From Eledone cirrhosa (Eukaryota), in contig OZ024756.1 of assembly GCA_964016885.1 (NCBI GenBank), positions 7,378,001-7,442,000 on the forward strand: a stretch of 64,000 nt of DNA. The letters run 5' to 3'. The translations under genes and the position numbers were made by a program. Of the stretch, positions 39,798 through 52,094 are shown one piece after another. The number at the start of each line of letters is the position of its first letter. Positions within the stretch are counted from its first letter, which is position 1. The notes beneath the pieces are model-generated. The model saw nothing but the letters and a program-made list of their open reading frames with translations, was not told the DNA's origin and made no database searches.

Positions 39798-42700
39798 ATA
39801 AGAGTTGGGTGTGTGAATGTACGCTGCCTGGGGATGCCCTGGAAACCGAGCAAACTCTTAAACGACCTCAGGTAGCACAGTATGGATGTAGTAGCCATTT
39901 GCGAGTCCAGGATCCACAGCGAGCGACAGCTGGCCCCCATCTTCGATGACTTTGAGATCTACGCATCTCTCTGTGAGCCGGGGGGTGAGGGCGGGGTTGC
40001 AGTTTTGCTGCGGAAACACCTGGGCCTCGTAACACAGACGGTACATCTGGACCCGGAGGGTCGACTGGTGGTCCTAGACGTTGACTGTAGAGAAGGTGGA
40101 GCCTTCAGTCTGGTGGCCGCATATGCCCCATCCGGGACACCGCGGCCAGACTTCTTCAAACGTCTAGAGACTTTTCTGGGAACGTCCCGCTCCAGCTTAG
40201 AGTGGGGGACTGGAATGGAATCCTAGATGCACGTTGGGACTATGTGGGAGCATGTCCCGATAAAGGAGGGTGTAACATCCTCAAACAGTAAATCGGCCGA
40301 TTTGACCTGGCCGATAGATATCGACTAGATTTTCTTACTGTGCCACGGTGGTCGTGGACTAATCGCAGCGGAACATCTAGATCGTACCTAGATCGGGTTC
40401 TAGTTAGAAATAAGGATAGGGACATGTTAAGTTGTCCACAAATGTTCATGGTTGCCTATTCAGATCACAAACTAGTGACCTGCATGGTCAACCTTGATAG
40501 AATCCATAGACAAGGACCCAGCTACTGGAAGCTGAACTTGTCGTTCCCGACATGCAAAGCATACAGTAGACGGATTAGCACTTTAGTTAAACAGCACTTG
40601 ACAGGGACCATTGTCAACAACAGATGGTGGTACTCTCTCAAGAGGGCAGTTAGATTAGACTCGTTAGTTTTTAGTAAAGAATTAGCGTTAGATAGAAATA
40701 GAACCAAGAAATAACTGGTAGATAAAGTAGAAGAGGCAATTAGAAGTGGCAACGTAGCCAGCGTGCTAGCAACGAGAACGGCCTTGAACCAGTTCTTTGA
40801 CACAAAGCATGAGGGCTGCGTTGTCTGAAGCAAAATAAGTGCTCTGGGAAACGAGGGAGCCAAAGCTGTTAGCTGAGCTCGAGTGACGGAGGCAAAAAGT
40901 GGCAACAAGTCCACGATTCGGTCTTTGAAGGACCAAAACGGACGCGTGATACGTAGCCGAAGCAGATGTGTGCGGTCTTTCAGAGGCACTTTGCTCAGCT
41001 GTTCGGGCCTACCGCGACTCTCGGATAGCGAGGCAAAGTTCTGCGAAAAGCCGATTTCAGCCGCTGAGATAGGGGACGCGCTGAGCCAATGCGGCAAACG
41101 AAAATCTCCAGGTCTCGACGGTCTACCCTACGAATTTTACGTAGCAATGCCGGACTTATTCTCCGGTCTCCAGGAAGCGGTCTACTGCAACTGGCAACAG
41201 AACGGGAGAATTCCTATTTCTGTGACCGGGGGCGTAGTCACACTAGTCAGGAAGGACGAGAATAAGGGGGATGACATAGGCAACTTGCGGCCCATAACTC
41301 TGCTAAACACAGAGTTACAGATTTTGGCCAAAGTGTTGGCAAAGAGGCTTGGGCTTGTCGTCGAGTACCTGGTGGGAGAAGCGCAGACATGCGCAATCCC
41401 AACCAGGTCCATACACGACAACCTCCACCTCATGCGATACATCATATAGAGGGTAGGGTGTAAACAAGGCTTCGGTGGAGCCCTGATCAACTTGGATAAG
41501 TCTAAGGCTTTCGATAGGGTTTACCATCGTTACCTGGATGCGGTACTCGAGGCAGCAGGCTTCGGACCCGTGTTCAGGGGCTGGATTGCTGCAATGCATA
41601 ATAGCAACATCTGCTCAAGGGTTAAGGTGAACGGCTACCTCTCGGAGTCGTTCCATATCACGCGATCCATTCGACAGGGATGCCCTCTCTCCTCCCTTCT
41701 GTACGTATTGACTCTCGAGCCACTACTGCGGAAGTTGGAGCTATTGCAGGGCATTCCTCTGGAACCGGGACTGCGGAATGCGACGTCGGCCTACGCCGAT
41801 GACGTGAAAATAATGGTGTCGAGTGCCTCGCAAATCGAGGAAGTCGGCACCTTACTGAAGGAATACGAAAGGTTCACAGGAGCGCAGCTAAACCGGGACA
41901 AGTCCATCGGTTTGAAACTCGGATCGTGGAGAGGTAAACCGATGCCTTCCGATGGCGTCGTCGGACGCTGGACGGAAGGAACAGTAAAGCTGCTCGGGGT
42001 CTGGTTTGGTCCGGAGCTCCAGGTGGAGAAGAACTGGAACGAGGTGTCGGCCAAGGTGTTTGCACTCACCCAGAAGTGGGCCGAGTGCAAACTATCCTTG
42101 AAAGGTCGAGCGGAGGTGGCAAACACTTTTATAGCGTCCGCCATCTACTACCGCATGTCCAGCCAAAACGCTTTGGAAGAGGCGGGCTCCTTTGGTGAGA
42201 AGATCCATCTGCTGCCAACGCCCTTCCAACGGAGGGCTGGGGATGCCGTGGCTGACGATGCGCAAACACGCGCTCAGGCTGCGGCATCTCTACGTATTCC
42301 TCACCGGCCAACCGGTGTGGGGCCCGTTCGTGAGGCGAGCATTCCCACGACTCGTCTCGCTGACCGAGCTGCAGTCCTGGGTCAAGCAAAGACCGAAGAA
42401 AATGGGCGACTGGCACATCGAATGTGCTCAGGCGCTCACAGTCCTCTGGCAGGTGGAACCGGCGATCAGTGGAGACTCCACTTCGTCACTCTATAGAGGG
42501 TTCATCCGCAGCAAATGCGACGACGCGCTCGGTGAAACTCTAGGCGTAGAGGAAGACGAACTGGCCAGTCTGTTCGGTAGGACCTTCCGCCCGGGACCGA
42601 TGGACGACTTCGAAAAGTCCCTGGCCAGGCAGTGCTACCGAGGAGCTCTACCAGTTCGAGACAAGCTCTACAGACATGGGCGCCCGGGCAGGGACCCTGC

Positions 42701-43359
42701 AAAAAAGATCTGTCCGAGGTGCGTGCCACGAAGAAACCGTCGCGCACGCATTCATACACTGCCCGGGCGTCACCGACCTGTGGGGCTACGTAGAACCACT
42801 ATTGTCGCGGGTTGGACCAATCCGGTTGACCACCGAGTCCATTGTCATGATCAAACCGCCACCCTCCTTCAAAAACGAAGGAGATGCGGTTTTCCTTGTG
42901 TGATAACTATGGCGAAAGAGGTTGTATGGTGGACAAGGTTGAAAGGGCTGAGGTCAGACACCTTTCTCTCCGGCCAACAACTGATTCTTTTTTCAAATAC
43001 TACTGGGAAGAAGAATCAGGATGGAGAGAGAGGTGCTGTACCCCAGCAAGTTTTATGAAAGGTGGGTGAAAGTGGCGAGAATGGCCCGAGTGAATGGGCC
43101 TTCTCTCTATATCAGCCTGTAGGTTGAGGAAAAGGAGGAGGACAGGAAAGGAATACAAACTCTTCGTACTCCTGGAGATGAGGGTTGCACATTTTTTTCG
43201 GGGGTATGTGTTACCCATATGTAATGTCTCCCCCTATTGGGGAAAATAGACTAATTTTGAAATTGCATTTGTGATAATATTTTACACGTTTTTATTGTAT
43301 GTAAACTTACCCCTTTGTATTTGTCCCCTTCTTTTGTGCCCCTGTGGCTAATAAAGAAA
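39798..43359 (+). mobile_element. Decayed Tx1-like (L1 group) non-LTR retrotransposon: ORF2 with APE endonuclease, RT and zinc knuckle; ORF1 absent
   Basis: Motifs across frames: VGCVNVR, VAICESR, GGVAVLL, AAYAP, GDWN, YLDRVLV, SDH, GPSYWKLN; KSPGLDGLPYEFY, RPITLLN, DKSKAFDRV, QGCPLS, AYADD; CPRC..ETVAHAFIHC. Many stops and frameshifts; terminal stop ~43122; AATAAA at 43350. Confidence 0.92.
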
Positions 43360-43560
43360 CATATCTATCTATATGTCTCTTTCTCTCTTTCTCTCTCTCT
43401 CTCTCTTTATCTATATGTCTATCTATCCATATATCTCTCTCTCTCTCTATCTATCTATCTATATGTTTCCCTCACTCTCTCCCTCTCTCTATTCATTTTT
43501 CTATCTATCTATATGTCTCTCTCACTCTTTCTCTCTATCCATCTCCCCTTCTCTCTCCGC
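43360..43560. repeat. (TC)n/(TCTA)n low-complexity tract
   Basis: Direct reading. Confidence 0.9.
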
Positions 43561-43759
43561 CATATTTCAATGCTTCTAATATACCATAAACAGTTTATAT
43601 CTTAATCTACCTAACAATATTATGTGTGTGTTATGTGTGTGTGTGTGTGTGTGTATATGTATATAAATGTATATATGTATATATGTATATATATATGTGT
43701 GTGTATATATATATATGTATATTTATATATGTATGTAAATGTATATATATATATAAGTA

Positions 43760-43790
<31 letters not shown>

Positions 43791-43980
43791 GCATATATTT
43801 GCATTGCTTTATTGTGCTACAATAAAACTCACCTCCTACATATATGCATATATATATATATATATGTATATATACGTATGTACATATGTATATATATATA
43901 TATATATTATGTATATATATGTGTGTATATATATAAATATGTATGTATATATATGTGTATATATATATATGTCTATATTT

Positions 43981-44572
43981 GTTGGTGCTACTGGTAACAT
44001 GTATCCCAGTACAACCCGTCTCATGGTCGGGTCGTTGGCGACTAAACTGGCAACCCCACCAAGGTTCCTTTGTGAGGAGGGTGACTTTGGACATCCTGCA
44101 GGACTAAAAACAAAACCTGTCAAAGGGCAAAGGAGCTCTTAAGAGTCAATGGCCATCCAAAATCACTGGGAGAGATGACCATTAGCCTTTGTCAAGGCAG
44201 AATTCTAGGAGAAGGAAAACTCTGATATAACACCTGCAACCCTGATGGTATCCAATGATGTTGACTTGTTCTTCTTTTTGGTAAATATCATCTTGGTTAA
44301 AAGAGTGGGACTGGCTTTGTGCAGTGCCTTTGCTCACTATAAAAGCTTCACGGTACAGGCATTGCTTTATATCTGGAAATTTCTCTGCACTTGTCACGTG
44401 GTACCATGGGCCCAGCACTAAGTGTCAATAATTGTCACAAGTTTAGTGTTTGTACCAGAGTTTTCAAGTCGCTGGCTGGACTAAAAAGTCACACTCGTTC
44501 AGCGCATCGGTAGGGGTTCTCCTACATGGATATAAAGTAGTGGCCGTACTCGAAAACGAGTTGGGAGCCACC
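43981..44572 (+). mobile_element. Dispersed repeat resembling an RTE-type LINE 5' region; inverted copy at 48657-49064
   Basis: 44168-44572 is the reverse complement of 48657-49064; contains CTAGGAGAAGGAAAACTCTGA, which I recall from RTE 5'UTRs (family call tentative). Confidence 0.55.
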
Positions 44573-44599
44573 ATATATGTGTATGTATATATATATGTA

Positions 44600-45080
44600 G
44601 GCATACGTCAAAACGGCCGGTCTCAAAAGTGAAACTAACTTTTGACAGTTACGTATACGTTATAAGAGTTATTTAAATTTATATATATAAAATAAACGAG
44701 CAAATAAGAGCATGATATGAAGTCAGTCATGTGTGTGTGTGTATATGTGTGTGTGTAAACGAATGTAAAAGAATATATGTAGGGCATAGATAAGGTTGCC
44801 TAGAATTTTACACACACACACATATATACACACACACACATATATACACACACACTTGTATATATTATAGTGTGTATGTGTGCATATATAAGTGTATATG
44901 TGTGTGTACTTTTACATTCGTTTACACACACATATATACACACACACACATGACTGACTTCACATCATGCTCGTATTTGCTCCTTTATTTTATATATATA
45001 AATTTAAATAACTCTTATAACGTGTACGTAACTGTCAAAAATTAGTTTCACTTTTGAGACCGGCCGTTTTGACGTATACC
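44600..45080. mobile_element. MITE-like element with ~170-bp TIRs
   Basis: GGCATACGTCAAAACGGCCGGTCTCAAAAGTG... / ...CACTTTTGAGACCGGCCGTTTTGACGTATACC around a CA/TA-rich spacer. Confidence 0.7.
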
Positions 45081-45081
45081 A

Positions 45082-45147
<66 letters not shown>

Positions 45148-45508
45148 TATAAATGTATGTATATATGTGTGTGTGCATAGATTTATGTATATATGTATAT
45201 ATACATATATGTATGTATATATGTATATATGTATATACACATGTATGTATGTATGTGTATGCGTACATATATGTGGCTATACATACATACATAGATTCTC
45301 ATGAGTTCATGTATTCAAGTAGCCGCAAAATCAAATATAATATACTATCTGATTCTAGTGTAATTCTTATCTAGTTGACTGATATTGTCTGTTGCATTGT
45401 GGGATTGGAATTCTATGACCTTGCTTTTGTTATGTGATGGATAGACCCGACAGCAGGGAACTGGCTGCCAAACAGTCTCCCAATTGAAAATGTATTTTCA
45501 ACTAATGG

Positions 45509-45543
<35 letters not shown>

Positions 45544-45576
45544 TTATATGTATATATATATATGTATGTATATATT

Positions 45577-45665
<89 letters not shown>

Positions 45666-45674
45666 ATATATGTA

Positions 45675-45708
<34 letters not shown>

Positions 45709-45773
45709 TTCTGATAACTATTTTCATAAATAAATAAATAAATAAATAAATAAATATATATATACAAACACAC

Positions 45774-45807
<34 letters not shown>

Positions 45808-45905
45808 GTATATATGTATACATATATATATATATATGTATACATATATATATGTATACATATATATATATATGTATACATATATATATATATGTATATG
45901 TATAT

Positions 45906-45968
45906 CCTAATGGATAAGGCGCCTGACTTCGAATCAGAAGATTGCGAGTTCGAGTTTCGTCGTGGTCT
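45906..45968 (+). pseudogene. 5'-truncated tRNA-Arg(TCG)
   Basis: CCTAATGGATAAGGCG-CCTGA-CT-TCG-AA-TCAG-AAGATT-GCGAG-TTCGAGT-TTCGT-CGTGGTC; anticodon 45929-45931; first ~10 nt replaced by (TA)n. Confidence 0.8.
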
Positions 45969-46206
45969 TGAAGTTTTGATTTACATTCTCTATCACACAT
46001 GATTATTACAAACATTTGTTATATATACATATACATATATATATGTGCGTGTGTGAGTGTGTCTGCGTGTGTGTGTGGGGGTGGTGTATATATATACACA
46101 TATATAGATATATGTGTGTGTGTATGTGTATATATATATTTTTATTTATTTATTTATTAAAATATTTATCAGAATATTATTATTATTATTATTATTATAT
46201 GTATAT

Positions 46207-46292
<86 letters not shown>

Positions 46293-46329
46293 CTATACAC
46301 GGGTGTGTATGATTGTGTATAGAAGATTA

Positions 46330-46717
46330 TATGAATAAAAGGAATTCCAACTTTGGCTGATTTACTCGTTTAATTTACAATTCTTTAACATTTATAATGG
46401 TATTAGAATGAAATAGTATGGTAGAATATTAAAAGTTAAGTGTTGATTGAACAAGTACTTTCATGCTTTCGCAAGCTTCAGGTTCATAATACTGTGGTGA
46501 CAGTCAATTTTGCAATTTTCAACAGTTGAAAATTGCAAAATTGACTGTCACCACACATTATGAACCTGAAGATTGCGAAAGCATGAAAGTACTTGTTCAA
46601 TCAACACTTAACATTTAATATTCTACCATACTATTTCATTCTAATACCATTATAAATTTTAAAGAATTGTAAATTAAACGAGTAAATCAGCCAAAGTTGG
46701 AATTCCTTTTATTCATA
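46330..46717. mobile_element. Fold-back palindrome (~190-bp arms) with an HHR in each arm
   Basis: Centre TTCAACAGTTGAA near 46523; HHR at 46561-46599 (+) and mutated copy 46448-46486 (-); related fragment at 60495-60547. Confidence 0.85.
46561..46599 (+). ncRNA. Minimal type I hammerhead ribozyme motif
   Basis: TGAAC-CTGAAGA-T-TGC-GAAA-GCA-T-GAAA-GTAC-TT-GTTCA: 5-bp stem I, GNRA-capped stem II, palindromic stem III. Confidence 0.7.
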
Positions 46718-46989
46718 GATATACATATATATAGTATTAAGGATACTATTTATGGTTATGTATATACTAAAACCTTTTATAGTTATATATATTTTAAACC
46801 CTAAACAGTGAAAGACAGTAATTTATTACTACCTTATTACCAGTAAGATAAATAGCTCAATGTAATAACATCAGTTGTTCTACAGAGCAGTTATATAGAA
46901 ATTACATGAATCAAAGTTCTGTTCAAATCATTTATTCGCTTACAATTGTTTCTTCCAAATCGAGGTTTGGAGTTTTCGGAGCAATTTTT

Positions 46990-47811
46990 CAATGATTGTT
47001 TACATACATGACCTCCTTTTCAACACAAGAGACGTACAGAAATATATGTATATATTGATGCACAGTGGGTTGACATCCATTATAATATTTAAGCATGGCA
47101 GTTTACATTCAAAGATTAAAGTCATATTAAAACACATATTAAAAGAAAATTACAACAAAATTAAAGTTATAATACAACGTTGGCAGTTTACGAAGATGAT
47201 GCAGGAGGATAGTTAGAAGTAGTTAGTTACACGTGGGGCATGCACGTGTGTCTTATTTATATAAGATTATAGTGCGGTAGGGTGTTATATGGAATATAAG
47301 CACTTTAAGCGGGCAATCAAGAGTATTATGGGGGTTGTATAGTATTTTATATGTATAATATAGAAGCTTGTGTGCAGAAAAATATTTAAAATATTAAGAA
47401 TGAGAAGCAAAACAGTGTTATGGTTTTTCGTATACACCACCATTTTCACAATCCAGGAAACGTAATATATAGATTATATGTCCTTCACATAATCTACGAT
47501 GATTCAATATTGGATGCTTGATGAATTAGGTTGGAATATTACAGCTTGTTGTTCTTTAATCCAATATTATAGAGCAGGTTGTTTTTGTTGCGAGGCTTAA
47601 CATCGTATTATTTTCCGGAAGTGTGTGTGTGATTAAGGGGAGTTAATTCTCGTGAGGGGAGGTAACTAGCTGATTTCTATAACTAAAATGTATTATCCTA
47701 ATGTACATTAAATGGTGTCACACATGAGTCCCTATCACTGTGCATCAATATATACATATGTTTCTGTATGTCGCTTGTGTTGAAAAGGAGGTCATGTATG
47801 TAAACAATCAT

Positions 47812-47814
<3 letters not shown>
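46990..47814. mobile_element. Element with ~78-bp inverted arms; possible decayed PLE
   Basis: 46990-47066 is the reverse complement of 47736-47813. The interior minus strand gives CEGHIIYILRFLDCENGGVYEKP*HCFASH, loosely like a GIY-YIG N-terminus. Confidence 0.4.
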
Positions 47815-47896
<82 letters not shown>

Positions 47897-47899
<3 letters not shown>

Positions 47900-48041
47900 C
47901 AAAGGAATTGTGGTAAGGAACCAGATGGACCATAACGCACCAGAGTACTCAATACATAGGAAAAAGTAATACCCCGACGGCAGAGCTCAAGCCGTTTCGT
48001 CGAAACGGCTTGAGCTCTGCCGTCGGGGTCATACTTTTTCC

Positions 48042-48045
<4 letters not shown>
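47897..48045 (-). mobile_element. Fold-back terminus of family P2
   Basis: Palindrome CCCCGACGGCAGAGCTCAAGCCGTTTCG-T-CGAAACGGCTTGAGCTCTGCCGTCGGGG centred at 48000; (TA)n on both sides. Confidence 0.7.
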
Positions 48046-48075
<30 letters not shown>

Positions 48076-48169
48076 AGTGTGTATGTATATATAAAATATT
48101 GAGTTATAAACTCGAAATAGTCTTTTACAATTAAATCGCTCAAAGAAGGGAATATTTCCGAGCCGTGTA

Positions 48170-48389
48170 ATACAAATGAATATATGAGGGATGAAAATTA
48201 TACATGTGTTTGAATTGCAAATGACCAAGTTAGCTAATTTGTTATTTTTATTGATTTATTATTTTAAATCGAGACAGGCAAACCATATTATTTTAAATTA
48301 GTATTTTTCAACCTAGCTAACTTGGTCATTTGCAATTCGAACAGATGTATAATTGTATAGGTGTTCATCCCTCATATATTCATTTGTAT
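48170..48389. repeat. Inverted repeat (fold-back)
   Basis: ATACAAATGAATATATGAGGGATGAA...GACCAAGTTAGCTA versus TAGCTAACTTGGTC...TTCATCCCTCATATATTCATTTGTAT. Confidence 0.8.
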
Positions 48390-48438
48390 ATGTATATATA
48401 TGTATGTATTTGTAAATTATATATATGTGTGTGTATGT

Positions 48439-48480
<42 letters not shown>

Positions 48481-48582
48481 CTATGCCTGTTACACTTTGC
48501 CACTTTACCTATCTCTATATCTGCCTTATGTAGCCGTGGTTTGCTCAAATATTTGTGTGGCTGTGTGTCAGAGGGAGAGAGA

Positions 48583-48656
<74 letters not shown>

Positions 48657-49064
48657 TGGGTGCCAACTCGTTTTCGAGTACGGCCACTACTTTATATCCA
48701 CGTAGGAGAACCCCTACCGATGCGCTGAACGAGTGTGACTTTTTAGTCCAGCCAGTGACTTGAAATCTCTGGTACAAACACTACACTTGTGACAATTATT
48801 GACACATAGTGCTGGGCCCATGGTACCATGTGACGACAAGTGCAGAGAGATCTCCAGATATAAAGCAATGCCTGTGCCGTGAAGCTTTTATAGTGAGCAA
48901 AGGCACTGCACAAAGCCAGTCCCACTCTCTTAACCAAGATGATATTTACCAAAAAGAAGAACAAGTCAACATCATTGGATACCATCAGGGTTGCAGGTGT
49001 TATATCAGAGTTTTCCTTCTCCTAGAATTCTGCCTTGACAAAGGCTAAGGGGTCATCTCTCCTG
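48657..49064 (-). mobile_element. Second copy of the 43981-44572 repeat
   Basis: High-identity reverse complement; ORF-track peptides 44182-44418 and 48809-49048 are near-identical. Confidence 0.75.
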
Positions 49065-49110
49065 GATATATATACGGATACACGGATGCACACACTCACA
49101 CACACACTCC

Positions 49111-49365
49111 TTATACATCGGACAAACGGGACGCCGTATCGCTGACTGTTTTGCTGAGCATTTTAGGAACATACGACTCGTTTTCGATACTCCTGTCGCC
49201 CGTCATTTCTGTTCTGCTGGTCATTCTTCCCTACATGTTTCACTCCTGGGTGTCCTTTTATATGACAGATCACAGGCCTCGCGCACCAGGACTGAACAAA
49301 GTGTAATTCACCGCCTTCGGTCCTATTTCCAACATGGACTCAACTCGCCTCCCCAATTTCTTTAA
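49111..49365 (+). pseudogene. GIY-YIG endonuclease C-terminal fragment of a 5'-truncated Penelope-like element (not in the ORF track)
   Basis: Open frame LYIGQTGRRIADCFAEHFRNIRLVFDTPVARHFCSAGHSSLHVSLLGVLLYDRSQASRTRTEQSVIHRLRSYFQHGLNSPPQFL*, with the YIGQT, EH, PVARHF, E and GLN motifs of PLE endonucleases. Confidence 0.88.
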
Positions 49366-50028
<663 letters not shown>

Positions 50029-50118
50029 ATGGAAAAATTTGAACAGGAACAAAACAGAGAGGCAGTACAACGAATGTTTATTAATTTCACGCTCTGGAGA
50101 GTGGGGTGTTGGTGGGGA

Positions 50119-50150
50119 ACGACGTTTCGGGCATAAGCCCTTCCTCAGGT
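50119..50150 (-). ncRNA. Minimal hammerhead motif in another PLE-like terminus (~50030-50230)
   Basis: CTGAGGA-A-GGGC-TTAT-GCCC-GAAAC-GTC; stem I weak; AATAAA downstream; ends at (TA)n. Confidence 0.65.
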
Positions 50151-50607
50151 GAGAAGTGTGTGGGAACAGAGTTCAAAGGGTGTGTAGGGGAGTGGTGGAG
50201 AGACATATAGCGAAAGGAAACGGTGCGAATGAAATAAAAAATAAAAATAAAAATAAAAATAAAAATAAAAATAAAAATAAAAATAAAAATAAAAATAAAA
50301 ATAAAAATAAAGCATGATCAAAATACAAGGAATGAAATTAAATTTAAAAGGTTCAATGAATAAATCAAAGAATAAAGTTTTACAATAGATTAGAAGCACT
50401 CGACAGTTTTGTAAATTTCTATTATATTAGTAGCTATTTATTATTATGTATTTTTATAAGCTTTCTCACACGCACCCACTGTATTATATGTAATTCTTTC
50501 ATGTCTCAATCTTAAGGTATATAAATATTAAATTTTGTCATATCTTATTCACTGCCATGACTGAATTTTAACCATCTACTTAGTCAGGGTATGTCATGCA
50601 TCATCTT

Positions 50608-50672
50608 ATTTTATCTGATGAGGACGTACTGTTGAAGATAGCTCAGTACCTCTGAAATATGTATAATAAAAT
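50608..50672 (+). ncRNA. Type I hammerhead motif (P1 subfamily, same as 61919-61982)
   Basis: ATTTTAT-CTGATGA-GGACGTACTG...CAGTACCTCT-GAAA-TATGTATA-ATAAAAT. Confidence 0.65.
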
Positions 50673-50714
50673 ATACCTGATCACACGAATGTCTATTTAT
50701 GTTAATATTTTGAA

Positions 50715-50770
<56 letters not shown>

Positions 50771-50775
<5 letters not shown>

Positions 50776-50950
50776 GTTTCTACTTTAGGCACAAGGCCAG
50801 AAATTACCCAGTGCATTACTGGTACTTTATTTTATCGACCCCGTAAGGATGAAAGGCAAAGTCAACCGCGGCGGGATTTGAACTCAGATCGTAAAGGGAC
50901 GTAACTATGGTGGAAAGCATGGCGTCCAACCCTCTACCGATACTGCCAAT
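50771..50950 (-). mobile_element. SINE family A
   Basis: Reverse complement of the consensus. Confidence 0.85.
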
Positions 50951-51106
50951 ATAATCATTAAATGCCAGTATCGTTCTTTACACATGCGCACATACACTCA
51001 CACATCGACAGATATATAGTGACATTCAGTAACAGTACAGATATTTCTAACAATGTAGATTAATTCCATTACGTCAAAATACATTCTCAGTTGAGAATAT
51101 GAAAGA

Positions 51107-51150
<44 letters not shown>

Positions 51151-51321
51151 TTGGAGGAAAAATGAATACTGACAATGCATCTAAATATATATCAAGTCTC
51201 GTTTATAAACAGAAAACCTTGTACTTCAAGTAAGTCGATCTATGGACCGAACGTATTGCTATTCAGCATTGTCTAATTGTGGTGTGATGATATAAGTATG
51301 GAACTATAATTATTATATATT

Positions 51322-52088
51322 GCGGTGGATTGGCAGTATCGGTAGAGAGTCGGACACCATGCTTTGAAGCATAGAGTTACGTCCCTTTATGATCTGAGTT
51401 CAAATCCCGCCGAGGTTAATTTTGCCTTTGATCCTTACGGGGTCGATAAAATAAAGTACCAGTAATGTACTGGTAAATTGCTGGCCTTGTGCCTAAAATA
51501 GAAACAATTATTATATATTGCGGTGGATTGGCAGTATCGGCAGAGGGTCGGACGCCATGCTTTGACGCATAGAGTTACGGCCCTTGCCATTCTGAGTTCA
51601 AATCCCGCCGAGGTTAATTTTGCCTTTAATCCTTACGGGGTCGATAAAATAAAGTACCAGTAATACACTGGGTTATTTGCTGGCCTTGTGCCAACAGTAG
51701 AAACAATTATTATGGAGGTAAAACCTCGGACAACATACTTTGCAGATGAGAGTTACGGCCCTTTACATTCTGAGTTCAAGTCTTGCCGAGCTCAGCTTTG
51801 CCTTTCATCCTTACGGGGTTGATAAACAAAAGTACCAGTAATACACTGGGTAAATTCAATTGACTTTCCCTTACCCCCAAAAATTACTGGCCTTGTGCTT
51901 ATAGTAGAAATCATTATTAGATTTACTGCTCTTTAGGTTCTGAGTTCAAATCCTGCCGAGGTTAACTTTGTCTGCCATCATTACGGGGTTGAAAATATAA
52001 AGAACCAGTAATTCCCTGGTGTCGGTTTAATCATAATTCCCTTTCCCAAAAGATTGTTGGCCTTGTGCCTAAATCAGAAACCATTATT
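51322..52088 (+). mobile_element. Four head-to-tail SINE family A copies (51322-51509, 51520-51708, ~51740-51915, ~51935-52088)
   Basis: Repeated GAGTTCAA..CCGAG..TTTG..TCATCCTTACGGGG..GGCCTTGTGC; ATTATTATATATT precedes the first two. Confidence 0.85.
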
Positions 52089-52094
52089 TCCAGT

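Noticed and set aside
39858-42759. Minus-strand ORFs over the LINE
   Set aside because: Antisense shadows of the GC-richer ORF2.
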